From Eledone cirrhosa (Eukaryota), in contig OZ024742.1 of NCBI GenBank assembly GCA_964016885.1, positions 99,448,001 through 99,512,000 of the forward strand: 64,000 nt of DNA, in the 5' to 3' direction. Each line of letters opens with the position of its first letter. Position 1 is the stretch's first letter. This document shows, piece by piece, positions 44,064 to 61,235 of the stretch. The translations under genes and the position numbers were made by a program. Below the pieces are notes generated by a model. The model did not search any database. It was not told the DNA's origin and worked only from the letters and a program-made list of their open reading frames with translations.

Positions 44064-44431
44064 GTGTGTGTGGGTGTGTGTATATATATATAATATATAT
44101 ATAATATATATATATCTATATATGTATATATGTGTGTGTATATATATATATATGAATGTATGTATAGTATATTTGGTAATATACTGTATGTTTAATTAAA
44201 AACATTTTGAAGACCTTGCGCTATTATATTATTTTAAAGTAATGACTATGTCACTTACTTCTTTTTTCAGCAAAAGAAGGGAGAGAAACTGACAGATCTG
44301 TTTCACACTGTTGGTGTTTCTCAGAGCAACGTACTCGCCGACCTCTGCCGAAAATTATAGAAGCTGGATTCTTATAGAATTCCAGTATTGCCGGTCCAGC
44401 AAAAATTAAAAATTAGGATTGGTGCTCAATC

Positions 44432-44523
<92 letters not shown>

Positions 44524-44753
44524 ATGCATGCAAATGTAAACGAAAACAGCAAAACAAACAACACCGTAAAACTGCACCGAGGATAACGTAGGAAAATAAT
44601 CTTTACTTTTCGGAGTAGTCCATCAGCAGAATATAGAATGAGAAATATAAGATGAAATAGAAAAAGAGAAAATGAGAATAGAAAGGTATGGAAAGAATTG
44701 TTTTCAGAAAAATCACGTGTCTACTAAGTTAGCTCTTTCGGAAGAAAATGTGC

Positions 44754-44806
<53 letters not shown>

Positions 44807-45026
44807 AAAGGAAATCAATTAAACGAGGCTATAAGTTTAAAATGTACGTATGAAGAAACAATAGATAAATAAATGATAGCTATTTAATCCGCGATCAACA
44901 GCCACAGGAGATTTACGCAGTATTTCTAATAGCCCGTAGAAATTGACTATACATATAGCAACCATACAGAATTAGGTACAAAATCAAAGTTAGAAGAAAA
45001 AAATGTACATAAACATACCAAAATTA

Positions 45027-45111
45027 TGTTTTTACCCCATGAGATTTCATTCGCTTTTTAAAAATATCCGATCATGGATAAATTCACGAGTTTCGAAATC
45101 ATCAGGAAACA
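45027..45111 (-). ncRNA. Hammerhead ribozyme, tandem copy A
   Basis: uguuuc-CUGAUGA-uuucg...cgaau-GAAA-ucucaugggg-UA-aaaaca. Confidence 0.7.
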
Positions 45112-45723
45112 AACTCAATTGGACAAAGGTTTTGCTTAAATGATCCCCGCCAGAAACGAAATCAAAATGACTAAGAATTGTCACATGTCCAGTGGTCAAG
45201 TTACAAAGCTTGTGATTGGTGCCTGACGGCGAGTAGGCTGTTTGCTAGAAAGCGCAGCCGAATACTGCCTAAATTGTTACTCAACCATACGTGAGTTTAT
45301 AAAACATATAGATTTACATATACATAAAACTAGACAGAGCCATAGATATATATATATGTGTTTTTGGCAACCATTCACGGTGTGGCTCAATGACGAATTA
45401 ATTAAATAATCAACAATCAGAGCAATATATAAGAAATTAACTGCATAGAATCATTTTATAAAATATATACAGTATTTCTTCTCCCAATCAGCATAATTAA
45501 CCACACAAAAAATCAATTAAACGAGGATATAATTTTAAAATGTACCTATGAAGAAACAATAGATAAATAAATGATAACTATTTTATCCGTGATCAACTGC
45601 CACAGAAGATTTACCCAGTATTTCTAATAGCCCGTAGAAATTGATTAGACATATTACAACCGTACACAATTATGTACAAAATCAAAGTTAGGAGAAAAAA
45701 TGTACATAAACATACCAAATTTA

Positions 45724-45808
45724 TGGTTCTACCCCATGAGATTTCATTCGCTTTTTGGAAATACCCGATCATGGATAAATTCACGAGTTTCGAAATCATC
45801 AGGAAACA
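45724..45808 (-). ncRNA. Hammerhead ribozyme, tandem copy B
   Basis: uguuuc-CUGAUGA-uuucg...cgaau-GAAA-ucucaugggg-UA-gaacca. Confidence 0.7.
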
Positions 45809-46056
45809 AACTTAATTGGCAAAAGATTTTTCTTAAATGATCCCCGCCAGAAACGAATTCAAAATGGCTAAGAACTGTCACATGGCTAGTGGTCGTATAT
45901 ATTTTATCAAATGATTCTATGGACTTACTTTCTTATATATTGTTATGATTGTTGAGTATTTAATTAATTCGTGATTGAGCCACACCGTGAATGGTTGCCA
46001 AAAACACATATATATCTATGGCTCTGTCTAGTTCATGTATATGTAAATCTATATAT

Positions 46057-46186
<130 letters not shown>

Positions 46187-46189
46187 TAC

Positions 46190-46697
<508 letters not shown>

Positions 46698-47149
46698 GTA
46701 ATAATAATATACGTATGTATGTATATATATATACATACATACGTATATTATTATTGTGTTTATCATATATTAATATATATTAACTTGTATTTCACTGCTC
46801 AGAAATGCTTCTTTCTTTGAGCTAATTAATTGTAAATGACTCTAAATATAATATAATATTAAGGCTCCTTAACTGTAGAGCTAATTTTTAATTCCATATA
46901 AACGGCTGTTATTTCTAGCACTGTGAGTATGGGATGGCTAGTATAGCTGATTATACCTCGTGTGAATCAGTCCTACAAAATTTTTGGTGGTGAAATGTAC
47001 TAATTTTACTGGATTCCTGTTGATAAGCACAGAAGATTTGAATATTTCACTTTTTATATTTCTCTTTTTATACCATCATTGCGGAACATATTTAGGTTTC
47101 GAAGTTCAAATTCATCTACGGAGCAGGTTTGGATTTTGAAATTTAAATT

Positions 47150-49835
<2,686 letters not shown>

Positions 49836-49846
49836 GGATTTATCTG

Positions 49847-50000
<154 letters not shown>

Positions 50001-51944
50001 TGTGAATATACTATCTATCTGTCTCCTTCAAAAATGTATATTGATGAATTGATCATTCAAAATTTTATATTCTCATCTCGGGGACACTTGGTCATTTGAA
50101 ATTTCTTCATGGTTTATAATGAGTGCTTTTATTTTCAAGCTGGCATGGAGCCAGGGAAAGGAAATATAGTTTCCTAGGACTAACCTGGCAATTGGCGGTT
50201 TCCTTACATGATCAGCCACCAAAATTAATTAGTTCCAGGATGAAATTATCCATATTTGTTAAAAAAAAAAGATTTTTAATATTGTCCGTCGTGAGAAAAT
50301 GAGATATTTGTAAGGAAAACTGTCAAACTTTATCGTGAATTTAATATTACATTTTCGTGTTATTCTATAAATTATCAAAATATCTAATACAAATGCTTGA
50401 ACGAGAGCTCGAAATTTCCAAACTTAGATTTGTGACTATTCATAAATGTGGACGTTGAGGATGTTCGTTTGGTAGTGATAATATTGATGGCTGTGTTAAT
50501 GTTGTTGCTGGTGATGGTGCTGGTAATGGTGTGAGTTGCGATAGGGATGACGTCTACAACGTTGACGTAGGTAATGTTGTTGGTGCTAGACGGACTTGCG
50601 TGCGGTTGTTTTTGTTGCTGTTCTTGCAGTTATTTAGAACAAGGTTTGTTCTTATTGAGCACGCTTATGGTATGTATGGCAGTCAAAGTTTTCACAAATA
50701 ACACCCTACTAGATAATGTAGTTCTGGATATATTTGATGTGATAAAAGATAATATTGTCACGACTGGGGCGCCTTTCGGCAGGGGTGACATGGGTATAAA
50801 TAATATTACCAACAATAATATTATTAATAGCATAACTTACATATCTATTGTTCTTGTTGTATTATTGTTTATTTACTATTTCACGTTGAACGTAGTAGGG
50901 TGACTGGTAAGCCTCCGATTAACCGAACTTTTGATTGAAGTTAAAATTTGGTAACAGCATTTCATGCTGGCCCAATTTAGTTGATGCTAACGGGAGTCGT
51001 ATACACCTGCTGCTAGCAGTTTCCCTAACTGGGAATTGTTTCCCTTGTTTAAGTCTTCATAACAATTGACGAATCAAAGATACCAGTAGTTCGAAACTTG
51101 TGACTACAGTATACCCCAAGCGTCAGGATATAAAGACTGGAATATTTTGTCGTTTGCATTTTTTCTTTTCTCTAGATGAGCGCAACATTGTTGATGACAT
51201 AATCAGACCTGTCGAAAATGCAACAATATGAGGGTTTTTACGCTTAGCATATTAGCAGCTAACCCTTATATATAGAGGTCAATCCCCTATCCTCCACCTA
51301 AAGACTCGATACATTTTCAGATCTATTTGACACAAAAACGGTACCTGCCACGTACTACCATTCGGAGTGAGAGTATGACAACGAAGTAGGAAGGTCATAC
51401 TTCCTAGAGATCCGGCATCAGAGTTTCATCACCGATTACAGCTTCATGACCTAGACACAGTTATTTCAATTATCTGCGCAATAACAATACGGGATAGCTG
51501 ATGAAATATTAGAAATCCATTGAGATTGTTAAATGATTAATAGAAATCATGGTTACTAAATTAGGTGTTGGTAATTTATGATGATTAAAATTACTACATT
51601 AATTTCAAACAGAAAAGAATTCAAGTGATTAAAAAAAGATCACAAAATATAAATAAATTCAGTCATATATTAGCGAATTAGTAACGTTTTTAACTAATTG
51701 AAAAAAACCAATCTGCGCAAACGAAACTAATGATAGATCACGAATGATTTAAGAGTTGAAGCTATTATAACATTTTTAAGCCAATTGCGGACCTCGGTTA
51801 GGAAACACAGAGTGACAAAATATGTCTAAAATGATTATATAATAAATAAAAAAATAAATAAAGAGAACAAAGATAATAAGATGAAGAAAAAATAACATAT
51901 AAATCACTTTTTTTTTAAATATTTTTTCTGAATTAGGCGGAAAG

Positions 51945-52062
51945 CAAAACATTTTGGTGGGAGGGAAAATCGATTAAATCGGCCCCAGTTTGTCAATGGG
52001 CTTTACTTTATCAAACCCGTAAGAATGAAAAACAAAGCTAACCTCGGCGGGATATGAACTCA
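51945..52062 (-). mobile_element. Degenerate SINE copy
   Basis: ttatcaaacccgtaagaatgaaaaacaaagctaacctcggcgggatatgaactca. Confidence 0.65.
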
Positions 52063-52215
52063 TAAAATAATGTGAGGATATTTTATGAAGTGCTTTCTAA
52101 TTGGAGATATAATTTAAAATGAACCATTTATTCATTTTTTGAAACTTATATTATATGCCTAATAAACTCACACACAGAAACACAGAAACACATACACATA
52201 CATCTCTCTCTACCC

Positions 52216-52267
<52 letters not shown>

Positions 52268-52276
52268 ATATATATA

Positions 52277-52464
52277 TATTTAATATATAAGGAAAAGAGA
52301 TGAAATCGAAAATGCATCAGATGCGAGAAAAACCACAGATGCGAGAAAAACCACAAACGTTCTACTTTTGAAAATCATAAGAACTCCGAAACCGGTAATG
52401 GAGCCGAATAAATATTCTTAAAAAGACTCCAGATGCAATTTTGATTTCATCTTTTTTTCTTATA
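52277..52464. repeat. Short decayed fold-back next to TA, with an HHR 3' half (GAAA-ccgg-TA)
   Basis: ataaggaaaagagatgaaatcgaaaatgcatc versus gatgcaattttgatttcatctttttttcttat. Confidence 0.5.
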
Positions 52465-52707
52465 CTTTCACTCGTGTAGGACATCTATTTTTTTTTTTTC
52501 ATTTTGAAAAAAAATCTCATTTTCTAATATATATATATATAGTAATAATAATAAATTTGAAGACTAAAATCCAAAGAGGGTTCGATAAGGATAAGTATAT
52601 ATATATAAGGATAAATATATATCAAATATATAGGAACCGTAGTTTCAGAAGATCCTGTTAAGGGTGAAAGCAGCGATTATTTTCTTAAACTTTAATCTGT
52701 TATTTTA

Positions 52708-52780
<73 letters not shown>

Positions 52781-52788
52781 TACATATA

Positions 52789-52896
<108 letters not shown>

Positions 52897-52899
52897 TAC

Positions 52900-52976
<77 letters not shown>

Positions 52977-53329
52977 TGCATATTCAAAAGGAAACGGAAT
53001 AACACAAAGCAAATACCACACAACAATGAAGAAATATTAGTTTCACGCTTGATATAATATGAAAAGCGTACATGACTCGACTTGCATTATAATTCATCCT
53101 AATCCAAGTCAACAAAAATTCTTTCAAGATACTCTGCTATGTCGATTATAAGACCTGCTTCAATAAAATGAGGAAGCATCAATTTCCCATCACATGCAAC
53201 AGCTCCAAACAGTATAATGGAAGCAGGATTCTTGCTATGCATAGCTGGAGGAACTTGGGAATGGTTGTACGTTTTCACTTGGTTTTCATATTATTCATTG
53301 AGATGTAATGTATATTTCTGTAGAAGTGG

Positions 53330-54670
53330 CGGGATAGTGTTCTGAACACAGAACCATACAATTATTTCAGTACACTGGGCAGTGACCACAGGCTTATTAT
53401 GTGTGAGGTCCAGGTGAGCTTCAGATAGAATAAGGCTCAGCCCCGGAGTGCGATCTATGACTGGCGAGCTTTCAAGGAAGATGATAAACTATAAGAGATG
53501 TACGTAGTAGAAGTGAGGAACAGGTTCAATGCTCTATGTGGAGAGGCTGTGGAGAGAGAAATTGGAGGGACTGAAGTGAGTGTGACGAGGAGGTACGGGC
53601 ACTTCACCAATGCAGTGACGGAAGCAAGTGAGGCCTTGATGCCGAGAAGAGAGGAAGAGCAAGAACGTCAGCTCTGCAGACCCAAAACTGTGTGCAGGCA
53701 AAGAAAACATGAAAGCTGCCGACGACCAATTCCATACGGATCCTAGGGAGCAACGGAAGACGAATGTGGAGGTGATGAAGGAAGAACTCTGTACCGCTTA
53801 TCTAAGGCCAGAGAGAAAACACGGATAGAGAAGATCAGAAGTGTGGATAGAGCGGATGACAGATGTACGTGTAAGGGGAGCTGGACGATCATCAACGAAA
53901 TCACAGGGAGGAAGAGAGGGAGTTCGAGCCAAATCCAGGGAACAATGCCCGAAGATAGGAAGAGGAAATGTCTGAACCATTTTAAGACCCTACTAGGAGA
54001 GCCGCTTTCCAGAGCCCAGAACACTGGGGGAGGTCAGGCAGCTGTTTGAGGAACTGGATATTGAGACAGGCCCCTCCGCCAGAGAGGAGTTTCAGAGAGC
54101 CAAGAAGAAGATCAAAGAAAGCGTGGAGAAGATGAGTGGCATCAGAGTTGATGAAGAAGTGTGATTTTGATATCATCCTGGAGTTCTGTAACAAGGCACA
54201 GGAGAGAGGAGTTGCCCCGGAGGATCAGTAACATCGTCCCATTGCCAAAGAGGGAGATTTCTCTAACATCTACAACTACAGGTGGATCTCAGTATCTCAC
54301 TTGTGACAAAAACTCTCAACAAGATGATTCTTAAAAGGATCCACCCCGAGATGGAGAAAAAGCACAGGGACGGCTTCAGCGAGGGAAGATCAACCGACGG
54401 TCGCATCCTGATGCTGACAAGAATTTTAGAAGTTAGAGCAAAGAGCCTTCCTGCTGTCATGGTCTTCATTGACTTCAGGAAGGCCTATTATTCTGTGGAC
54501 CATCACTGTCTGATGAAGTCTTATGGAATCCAAGAAGATAGTGGACCTGATATCACTGCTCAACACCAACACCAGAACCCAAGTCATTATACCAGGTGGT
54601 ATGACGGAGTTCTTTGATATACTGGCTGGAGTGCTCCAGGGAGAGACATTGGTTCCCTACCTTTTTTCAT
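53330..54670 (+). pseudogene. RTE-like LINE relic (APE end plus RT)
   Basis: Frameshifted motifs GSDHR, EVRNRFNAL, IVPLPK, NYRWIS, GFSEGRST, FIDFRKAY.SVDH, GVLQGETLVPYLF. Confidence 0.8.
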
Positions 54671-54724
54671 CGAGTGGACAATTGTACAGGACGGTGCAAT
54701 TTGCTTGTCTCCGTACTACGCATA

Positions 54725-55200
54725 GGGACGTGTGACAGACTCTCTCGAGTGAAAGTAAGAAGCGGAGGAATGCGAAATAGAGTAGACTGATGTAACATGA
54801 AATGATGTGTATTACTTAAGGACATAATGCAGCATCCAGTCTGGAATCGAACTCGTGATTTACGACCATGAGACTGACACCATACCAACAGAGACATACA
54901 CACTTATTCTATTTGATATTGTAATTGCTTGCTTCATATGAGATTTACTAATTACACTAGTTTCATTTATAGAATAGTGGTGTATGGCGTAGTGATTAGT
55001 GTGTCCGGCTCACGATCGCATAGTCGTGAGTTCCACTCTCGACAGCATGGCGTGTCTTTAAGCAAGTCACTTTATTTTTCATCACCACTCCACTCAGTTG
55101 GCAAAGATAACGAGTTCTACTTCTAATTCAAAGGATCAAGTTTGTTGGACTCAGTGTCATGCTGAATCTCACTGAGATCTTAGTTAAGAGTACACATGTA
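54725..55200. mobile_element. Two divergently oriented CORE-like tRNA-derived SINE relics (minus 54725-54890, plus 54975-55200)
   Basis: A-box tggcgtagtga, B-box-like gagttcgattcc (minus) and CORE-like gtgtctttaagcaagtcacttta. Confidence 0.55.
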
Positions 55201-55504
55201 TATATCATGCTAAGTAATTCCAAGTTCTTTTCAAAAGCACACAAATTGTATACTCACTACCGAAATCAATGATGCTCAATTCCAATATATAGAGTAGGCT
55301 TATTGATGGAATGTAAATTGCGGTAGATTGCCAGCACCACCTGAGCGTCGGAGAAAATTCATTGCTGGAATTGTTCCTCTTCTTTTCGTTTTGTGGTCAA
55401 ATTTGGCCGAGGCCCTCTTCGCCTCTCGGTATTCCGGGATCGATAAAATTATTATTATTATTATTATTATTATTAGTAGTAGTAGTAGTAGTAGTAAGGC
55501 CTAG

Positions 55505-56345
55505 TAGTAGTATCGGTAGAGGGTCGGACGCCGTGCTTTGCAGCATAGAGTTTCAGCCCTTTATGATCTGAGTTCAAATCCCACCGACGTTAAATTACCT
55601 TTCATCCTTACGGGGCCGATAAAATAAAGTACCTGTCACGCACTGGGGTCAATTTAATTGACTTTGCCTTCTCCCAAAATTGCTGGCTTTGTGCCTATAT
55701 AAGAAAATCGGTAGAGAGTCGGACGCCATACTTTCCAGCATAGTTACGTCCCTTTACGATCTGAGTTCAAATCCCGCCGAGGTTGACTTTGCCTTTCATC
55801 CTTACGGGGTCGATAAAATAAAAGTACCAGTAATGCACTGGTTAATTGCTGGCCTTGTGCCTAAAGTAGAAACAATTATTATTAGTTGGATTGGCAGTAT
55901 CGGTAGAGAGTCGGACGCCATGCTTTCCAGCATAGTTACGTCCCTTTACGATCTGAGTTCAAATCCCGCCGAGGTTGACTTTGCCTTTCATCCTTACGGG
56001 GTCGATAAAATAAAAGTACCAGTAATGCACTGGTTAATTGCTGGCCTTGTGCCTAAAGTAGAAACAATTATTATTAGTTGGATTGGCAGTATCGGTAGAG
56101 AGTCGGACGCCATGCTTTCCAGCATAGTTACGTCCCCTTACGATCTGAGTTCAAATCCCGCCGAGGTTGACTTTGCCTTTCATCCTTACGGGGTCGATAA
56201 AATAAAGTACCAGTAATGCACTGGGTAATTGCTGGCCTTGTGCCTAAAGTAGAAACAATTATTATTAGTAGGGTCGATAAAATAAAGTACCAGTAATACA
56301 CTGGGTATTTGCTGGCCTTGTGCCAAAAGTATAAACAATTATTAT
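55505..56345 (+). repeat. Head-to-tail SINE array, 192-bp period
   Basis: atcggtagagagtcggacgcca at 55707, 55899 and 56091; A-box tggcagtatcgg and B-box gagttcaaatccc. A divergent copy precedes the array and a 3' fragment follows it. Confidence 0.92.
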
Positions 56346-57031
56346 TATTATTAGTAGCAGTAGTTGTTGTTGTTGAGGTAGATTTAGTTGGGTAACGAAG
56401 CTGTGATAGTGATAATGGTGATGACCACAAAGCCGTTACGTAATGTGATGAAAGAGACTATGATGAGTTTAAGATAGTGTGAACTATAAGGTAGTGCTGT
56501 AAATTGTAGGCAGGAGTTGAAAAATGATAATATTGCAAAATTTTGATTACAAAAACGAAGACGATAATGTCGATTAAAGTAAAAGTTATAGCAGGATGAG
56601 GGTGACATCTCAGGTGATAATAACATTATGTGTCACTCTGATCCTGTTAAGGAATTATATTAAAGTGGTAGGTGTCTATGGAATATTTAACAACTTTCAC
56701 AAACATAAATCGTGAGTTGAACGTTCAGATAATCAAATCAACTGAATATTCATCGTCGAAATCGACCGAAGATCCATCATTATCAGCCATTATGGTTAAA
56801 CCAAATGAACTACAGAACTAGACATCATGATCTTCCGTATAGATTTTATATTACGTGTAGAGTTGATACGCAGGGAGACAGATGGGCAGATAGAATAACT
56901 ATTGCATACAGAGGGAGATAGAGGTGAGCAATACAGCTAGATACAGAGAAAGATATGTAGATAGATAGATAAATAGGGAGTGAGAGAGAGAGAGAGAGAG
57001 AGTGTGTATATGTGTGTGTCAAAGAGAGAGA

Positions 57032-57076
<45 letters not shown>

Positions 57077-57689
57077 GGGCGTAACCAAATAATTTATGAT
57101 ACGTACTTTGAAAATAATTTGTTTATGAATCAGTATATTTCAGATACAGGTTCTCTCAAAGGAAATTAAATTTCTTCTTATTTCTTCATTCTTCCTTTAT
57201 GTTTAAATATTTTTTAATCCTTTTTTTACTTTCGTCTGCTACATGTAAATTATAGATGAGCAGTGAGCAGATAATGTAATTAAAGACGACATACTTTAGA
57301 GATTTGGGGTGACACAGAAAAGATGACTTTATAACATTTAGCTTTCACAACCTGCTGTGTTTCTTTCAACGGTTGACATTTATATCATAGATGTTCCGTC
57401 AATTGCGACGATGAACGTTCATTGAGCATCTAATCTAATCGAGCGTTCAATTAACGAGAAATTGGCTGAGTATTCCACAGACTCGTGTAAATATATGGAT
57501 TCCGTCGGTGTTGAGCACGAATGTCCCAACTGTTCGATTAAATCAGTTACCCACCAGTTCAAATCATGTGTAAGTGGCTGAGCTTTCTGCAAACGCATCT
57601 GAATATACGGACGTCTGTCGGTTTCGATTGTGAGCGCCCTAGATATTCGGTAAACGGAACGGCTTACCCGTGAAATTAATGGTTTCTCA

Positions 57690-57897
57690 TATAGGCAGAA
57701 AGCCAAACAATTTTCAAGGATGAGAAAGTCGATTAAATCGACGTCAGTGTACTATTGGTACTTTGTTTTATCGACCCCGTAAGGATGAAAAGTCAAAGCT
57801 AACCTCGTTGGGATTTGAACGCAGAACATAAAGGGTCGTAACTCTATCATGCAAAGCAAGGTGTCCGACACTCTAACCGATTTTGCCAATCCACCGA
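57690..57897 (-). mobile_element. Full-length SINE copy
   Basis: Reverse complement of the A-box, B-box, core and tail of the 55505 family. Confidence 0.8.
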
Positions 57898-58272
57898 AGT
57901 GTTTGAGTTTTCAAAGGATATAAAGCTAAGTAGTTACCACTCCACTGCAATGTTTGGCAACAGTGAGATATATTTATTAACTGTTCACGCCTCTTCTTTC
58001 CTTCAATGAAGGAGCCTCTAGATAATCGTTTGCTCCGCTAAAAATAGTATTCAAATCACTCAGAAATCCCACCCTAACCTCTTGAAAGAAAGAACACGGT
58101 GGAAAATGTATTCATAGATTTACCTAACGATAGTGGATAGAGCTGCTTGATGGTTGAGGACTTATCTGTTGCCAAACAATAACAGCAAAACGTTGAATTG
58201 AGAAAAACTGAAAAGTTACTTCGTACGTGCAGAGGGTTAATAGCTCTTTGGAATAACATTACAAGTTATGTG

Positions 58273-58316
<44 letters not shown>

Positions 58317-58362
58317 TATATGTATGTATGCACACACACACACACACACATACATATATATT

Positions 58363-58418
<56 letters not shown>

Positions 58419-59214
58419 TATGTATACACACACATATATATATATATATGTATATATATGTATATATATATGTGTGTGTGTGTGTGTGCATACATACAGA
58501 GAGTGAGACAGTGAGGAAGAGAGAACGAGAGTGGGCAGAGAGAGAGAGAGAGGTTGACTCATAACTCATGATAGAAGAGTGTGAAAGAGAGGCGGTGAGA
58601 AATACATATGTATGTAAAATCAGTGCCTGCACTAGGTTGCTACTTCTCTAGAGACCTCGACATTCGAGAAAGCAAAGTTGCAGGCTTTGAGCTCAAAGAG
58701 AGTAAAGAGCCAGAACGAGTACCGGAAAACTTGCCAAATACCGTTAATAATGGTTTTGCGAATTCCCTGTCAACATATATGTCTACATTTATCATAACTT
58801 AATAAAAAGATAAAGGAAAGCCTGTATATTTTATTGTTTTTTCTATTGCTGATATTATATGACGATCGCAAATCCAAGCGGATGGTCACGGGATTTGAAC
58901 TCAGAACGCAAAGAATCGCACCAGACACCACAAAGCATCTTGTTCGACAATCTGTCATTCCCATCAGTTCACAGCCCCAGGAATATTGCTATGTTTGTTG
59001 AGCCGGATATGGGATTTGTTCACAGAAACCTGTTAATAAGATGAATGGTGAGATATGTAATACGACGCGCTAACAACTGTCTGTACGTCGCCTTTTAAGA
59101 TCAATATACAAAAAACTAAGGAAAAAAGAATAAGGAAGTATCATGAGGGGCCTAATCTCTATAGTCTTGACTGGATTGAAGAGGATAATTACGGTAGCGG
59201 GTGATAATATACAT

Positions 59215-59228
<14 letters not shown>

Positions 59229-59252
<24 letters not shown>

Positions 59253-60352
59253 TTAGTTATACTATTTATGGTTATGTAAATACAAAACCTTATGCAGTTA
59301 TAAGTATTTTACACACACCCTAAATAGTGGTAGGCAGTAATGTATTACTACCTTATTACCAGTAAGTTAAGTAGCTCAATGTAAAAACATCAGATGATTT
59401 ACAGAGCAGTTATATGAAATATAAGAATCAAAGAACTGTTCAAAACATTATTGTGCTTACAGCTGTTTCCTCCAAACCGAGGTTTGGATTCTTCGGAGCA
59501 ATTTATTAATGCATGGACAGTTATATGACCTCGTTTTCAGCCGAGAGACATACCGATACATATTCAAACATTGATACATATTCAAACATTGTGGGTCAAC
59601 ATTCATTACAGAATTTAGAGTGGCAGTACACACTTCGAGATTACATTTATATTAAGAGGTACAATCAAAAATCAAAAATACAGGTTAAAATACAACATGA
59701 AGATAAGCGGTTATATAGTGCAAATTTTATATGTGTGGCACGCATGTGCGTCTTGTTTATATAGTGTGGCAGAGAGATATGTGTGGTAGAGGCACTTAGG
59801 TAGGTAAACAAGAGTGTTAGGTTGGTAGATCTGGTGGCAAATTCTTTATATGATTGATATAGTCTGTGTGTGGAGAAATGTTATAAGCATTAAAAATAGT
59901 GCAAGCATTAAAAGTGTTAAAAGTATTGGAGATGCACAGCGAAGGGATGTCAAGTATTTCATGTACTTCGACATTTTCATGGTCAGGGGAGTGTATTTTT
60001 CGATTATATGCCCCTCACATAATCCACGACAATTCGATATTGAGCGTTTGACAATCCATTTAGAGATCGTAGTCTGGTGTTCTTTAGTTCAATACAGGAG
60101 GCTGTTACGTTTCGAGAATCGCCATTGAATACTACCCTGCCACTCTAAATTCTGTAATGAATGTTGACCCACAATGTTTGAATATGTATCAATGTTTGAA
60201 TATGTATCGGTATGTCTCTCGGCTGAAAACGAGGTCATATAACTGTCCATGCATTAATAAATTGCTCCGAAGAATACAAACCTCGGATTGGAGGAAACAG
60301 CTGTAAGCACAATAATGTTTTGAACAGTTCTTTGATTCTTATATTTCATATA
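59229..60352 (-). mobile_element. 5'-truncated PLE (family D) with inverted arm (59411-59626 versus 60137-60352)
   Basis: Near-identical arms; the spacer holds a decayed minus-strand EN C-terminus (YDL.WIVKRS...LCE...EKY); TA flanks. Confidence 0.8.
59454..59500 (-). ncRNA. Minimal hammerhead, C4 core variant (mirror copy on plus strand at 60263-60309)
   Basis: ugcu-CCGAAGA-auccaaac-cucg-guuuggag-GAAA-cagcug-UA-agca. Confidence 0.72.
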
Positions 60353-60375
60353 TTTCATATATATATATATATATA

Positions 60376-60835
60376 GTATTAAGGATACTATTTATGGTTA
60401 TGTATACACTAAAACTTTTTATAGTTATGTATATTTTAAACCCTAAACAGTGAAAGACAGTAATTTATTACTACCTTGTTACCAGTAAGATAAATAGCTC
60501 AATGTAATAACATTAGTTGTTCTACAGAGCAGTTATATAGAATTCACATGAATCAAAGTTCTGTTCAAACCATTTATTAGCTTACAATTGTTTCGTCCAA
60601 ACCGAGGTGGTTTGGAGTCGAGTCTTCGGAGCAATTTTTCAATGATTGTTTACATACATGACCGCCTTTCCAACACAAGAGACATACAGACACGTACTGT
60701 ATGTCTCTTGTGTTGGAAAGGAGGTTATGTATGTAAACAATCATTGAAAAATTGCTCCGAAGGCTCCAAACCTCGGTTTGGACGAAACAATTGTAAGCTA
60801 ATAAATGGTTTGAACAGAACTTTGATTCATGTGAA

Positions 60836-60838
<3 letters not shown>
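60376..60838. mobile_element. Family D-related fold-back (arms 60540-60689 and 60697-60838) with HHRs at 60580-60633 (-) and 60753-60798 (+)
   Basis: Same left terminus as 59229; core CCGAAG(A/G)...GAAA-caauug-UA-agc. Confidence 0.8.
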
Positions 60839-60893
<55 letters not shown>

Positions 60894-61235
60894 CGAAGGA
60901 AATGTGGTAAGGAACCAGGTGGACCATAACGCACCAAAGTACTCAATACTTGAGGTAGTAGAGTGGGTAATAGGAACCAGTAAGACCCCGACAGCTGAGC
61001 TCAAGCCGTTTCGACGGCTAATTCTGGACTAAATGAAAATTTATCCTGGTATTTAAATAGCCGATCTTCTCAAGGGGTAATTCCATATATGGTCAAAGTG
61101 ATTGTCAAAAATCAGTAGTAATTCTGTGGTTGCAAATTAGTAGGGGAGATGGTGACTAAACCTGCCAGTAGGAGAAAGAGGGGAGGGGGTGGAGTAGACC
61201 CAATCAAGCGTTGGTAGTGCCAGCTACAGCTGGGC

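Noticed and set aside
44595-44635. Minus-strand CTGATG-ga-ctac-tcc-GAAA
   Set aside because: The core is incomplete and the cleavage site and stem I are unconvincing.
52640-52685. CAGAAGA-tcct-gtta-agggt-GAAA
   Set aside because: The core is mutated and there is no stem I; too degenerate to call.
55680-56216. 178-aa repetitive ORF, or CRISPR-like periodicity
   Set aside because: These are tandem SINE units (192 bp, a multiple of 3) with no unique spacers and no cas genes.
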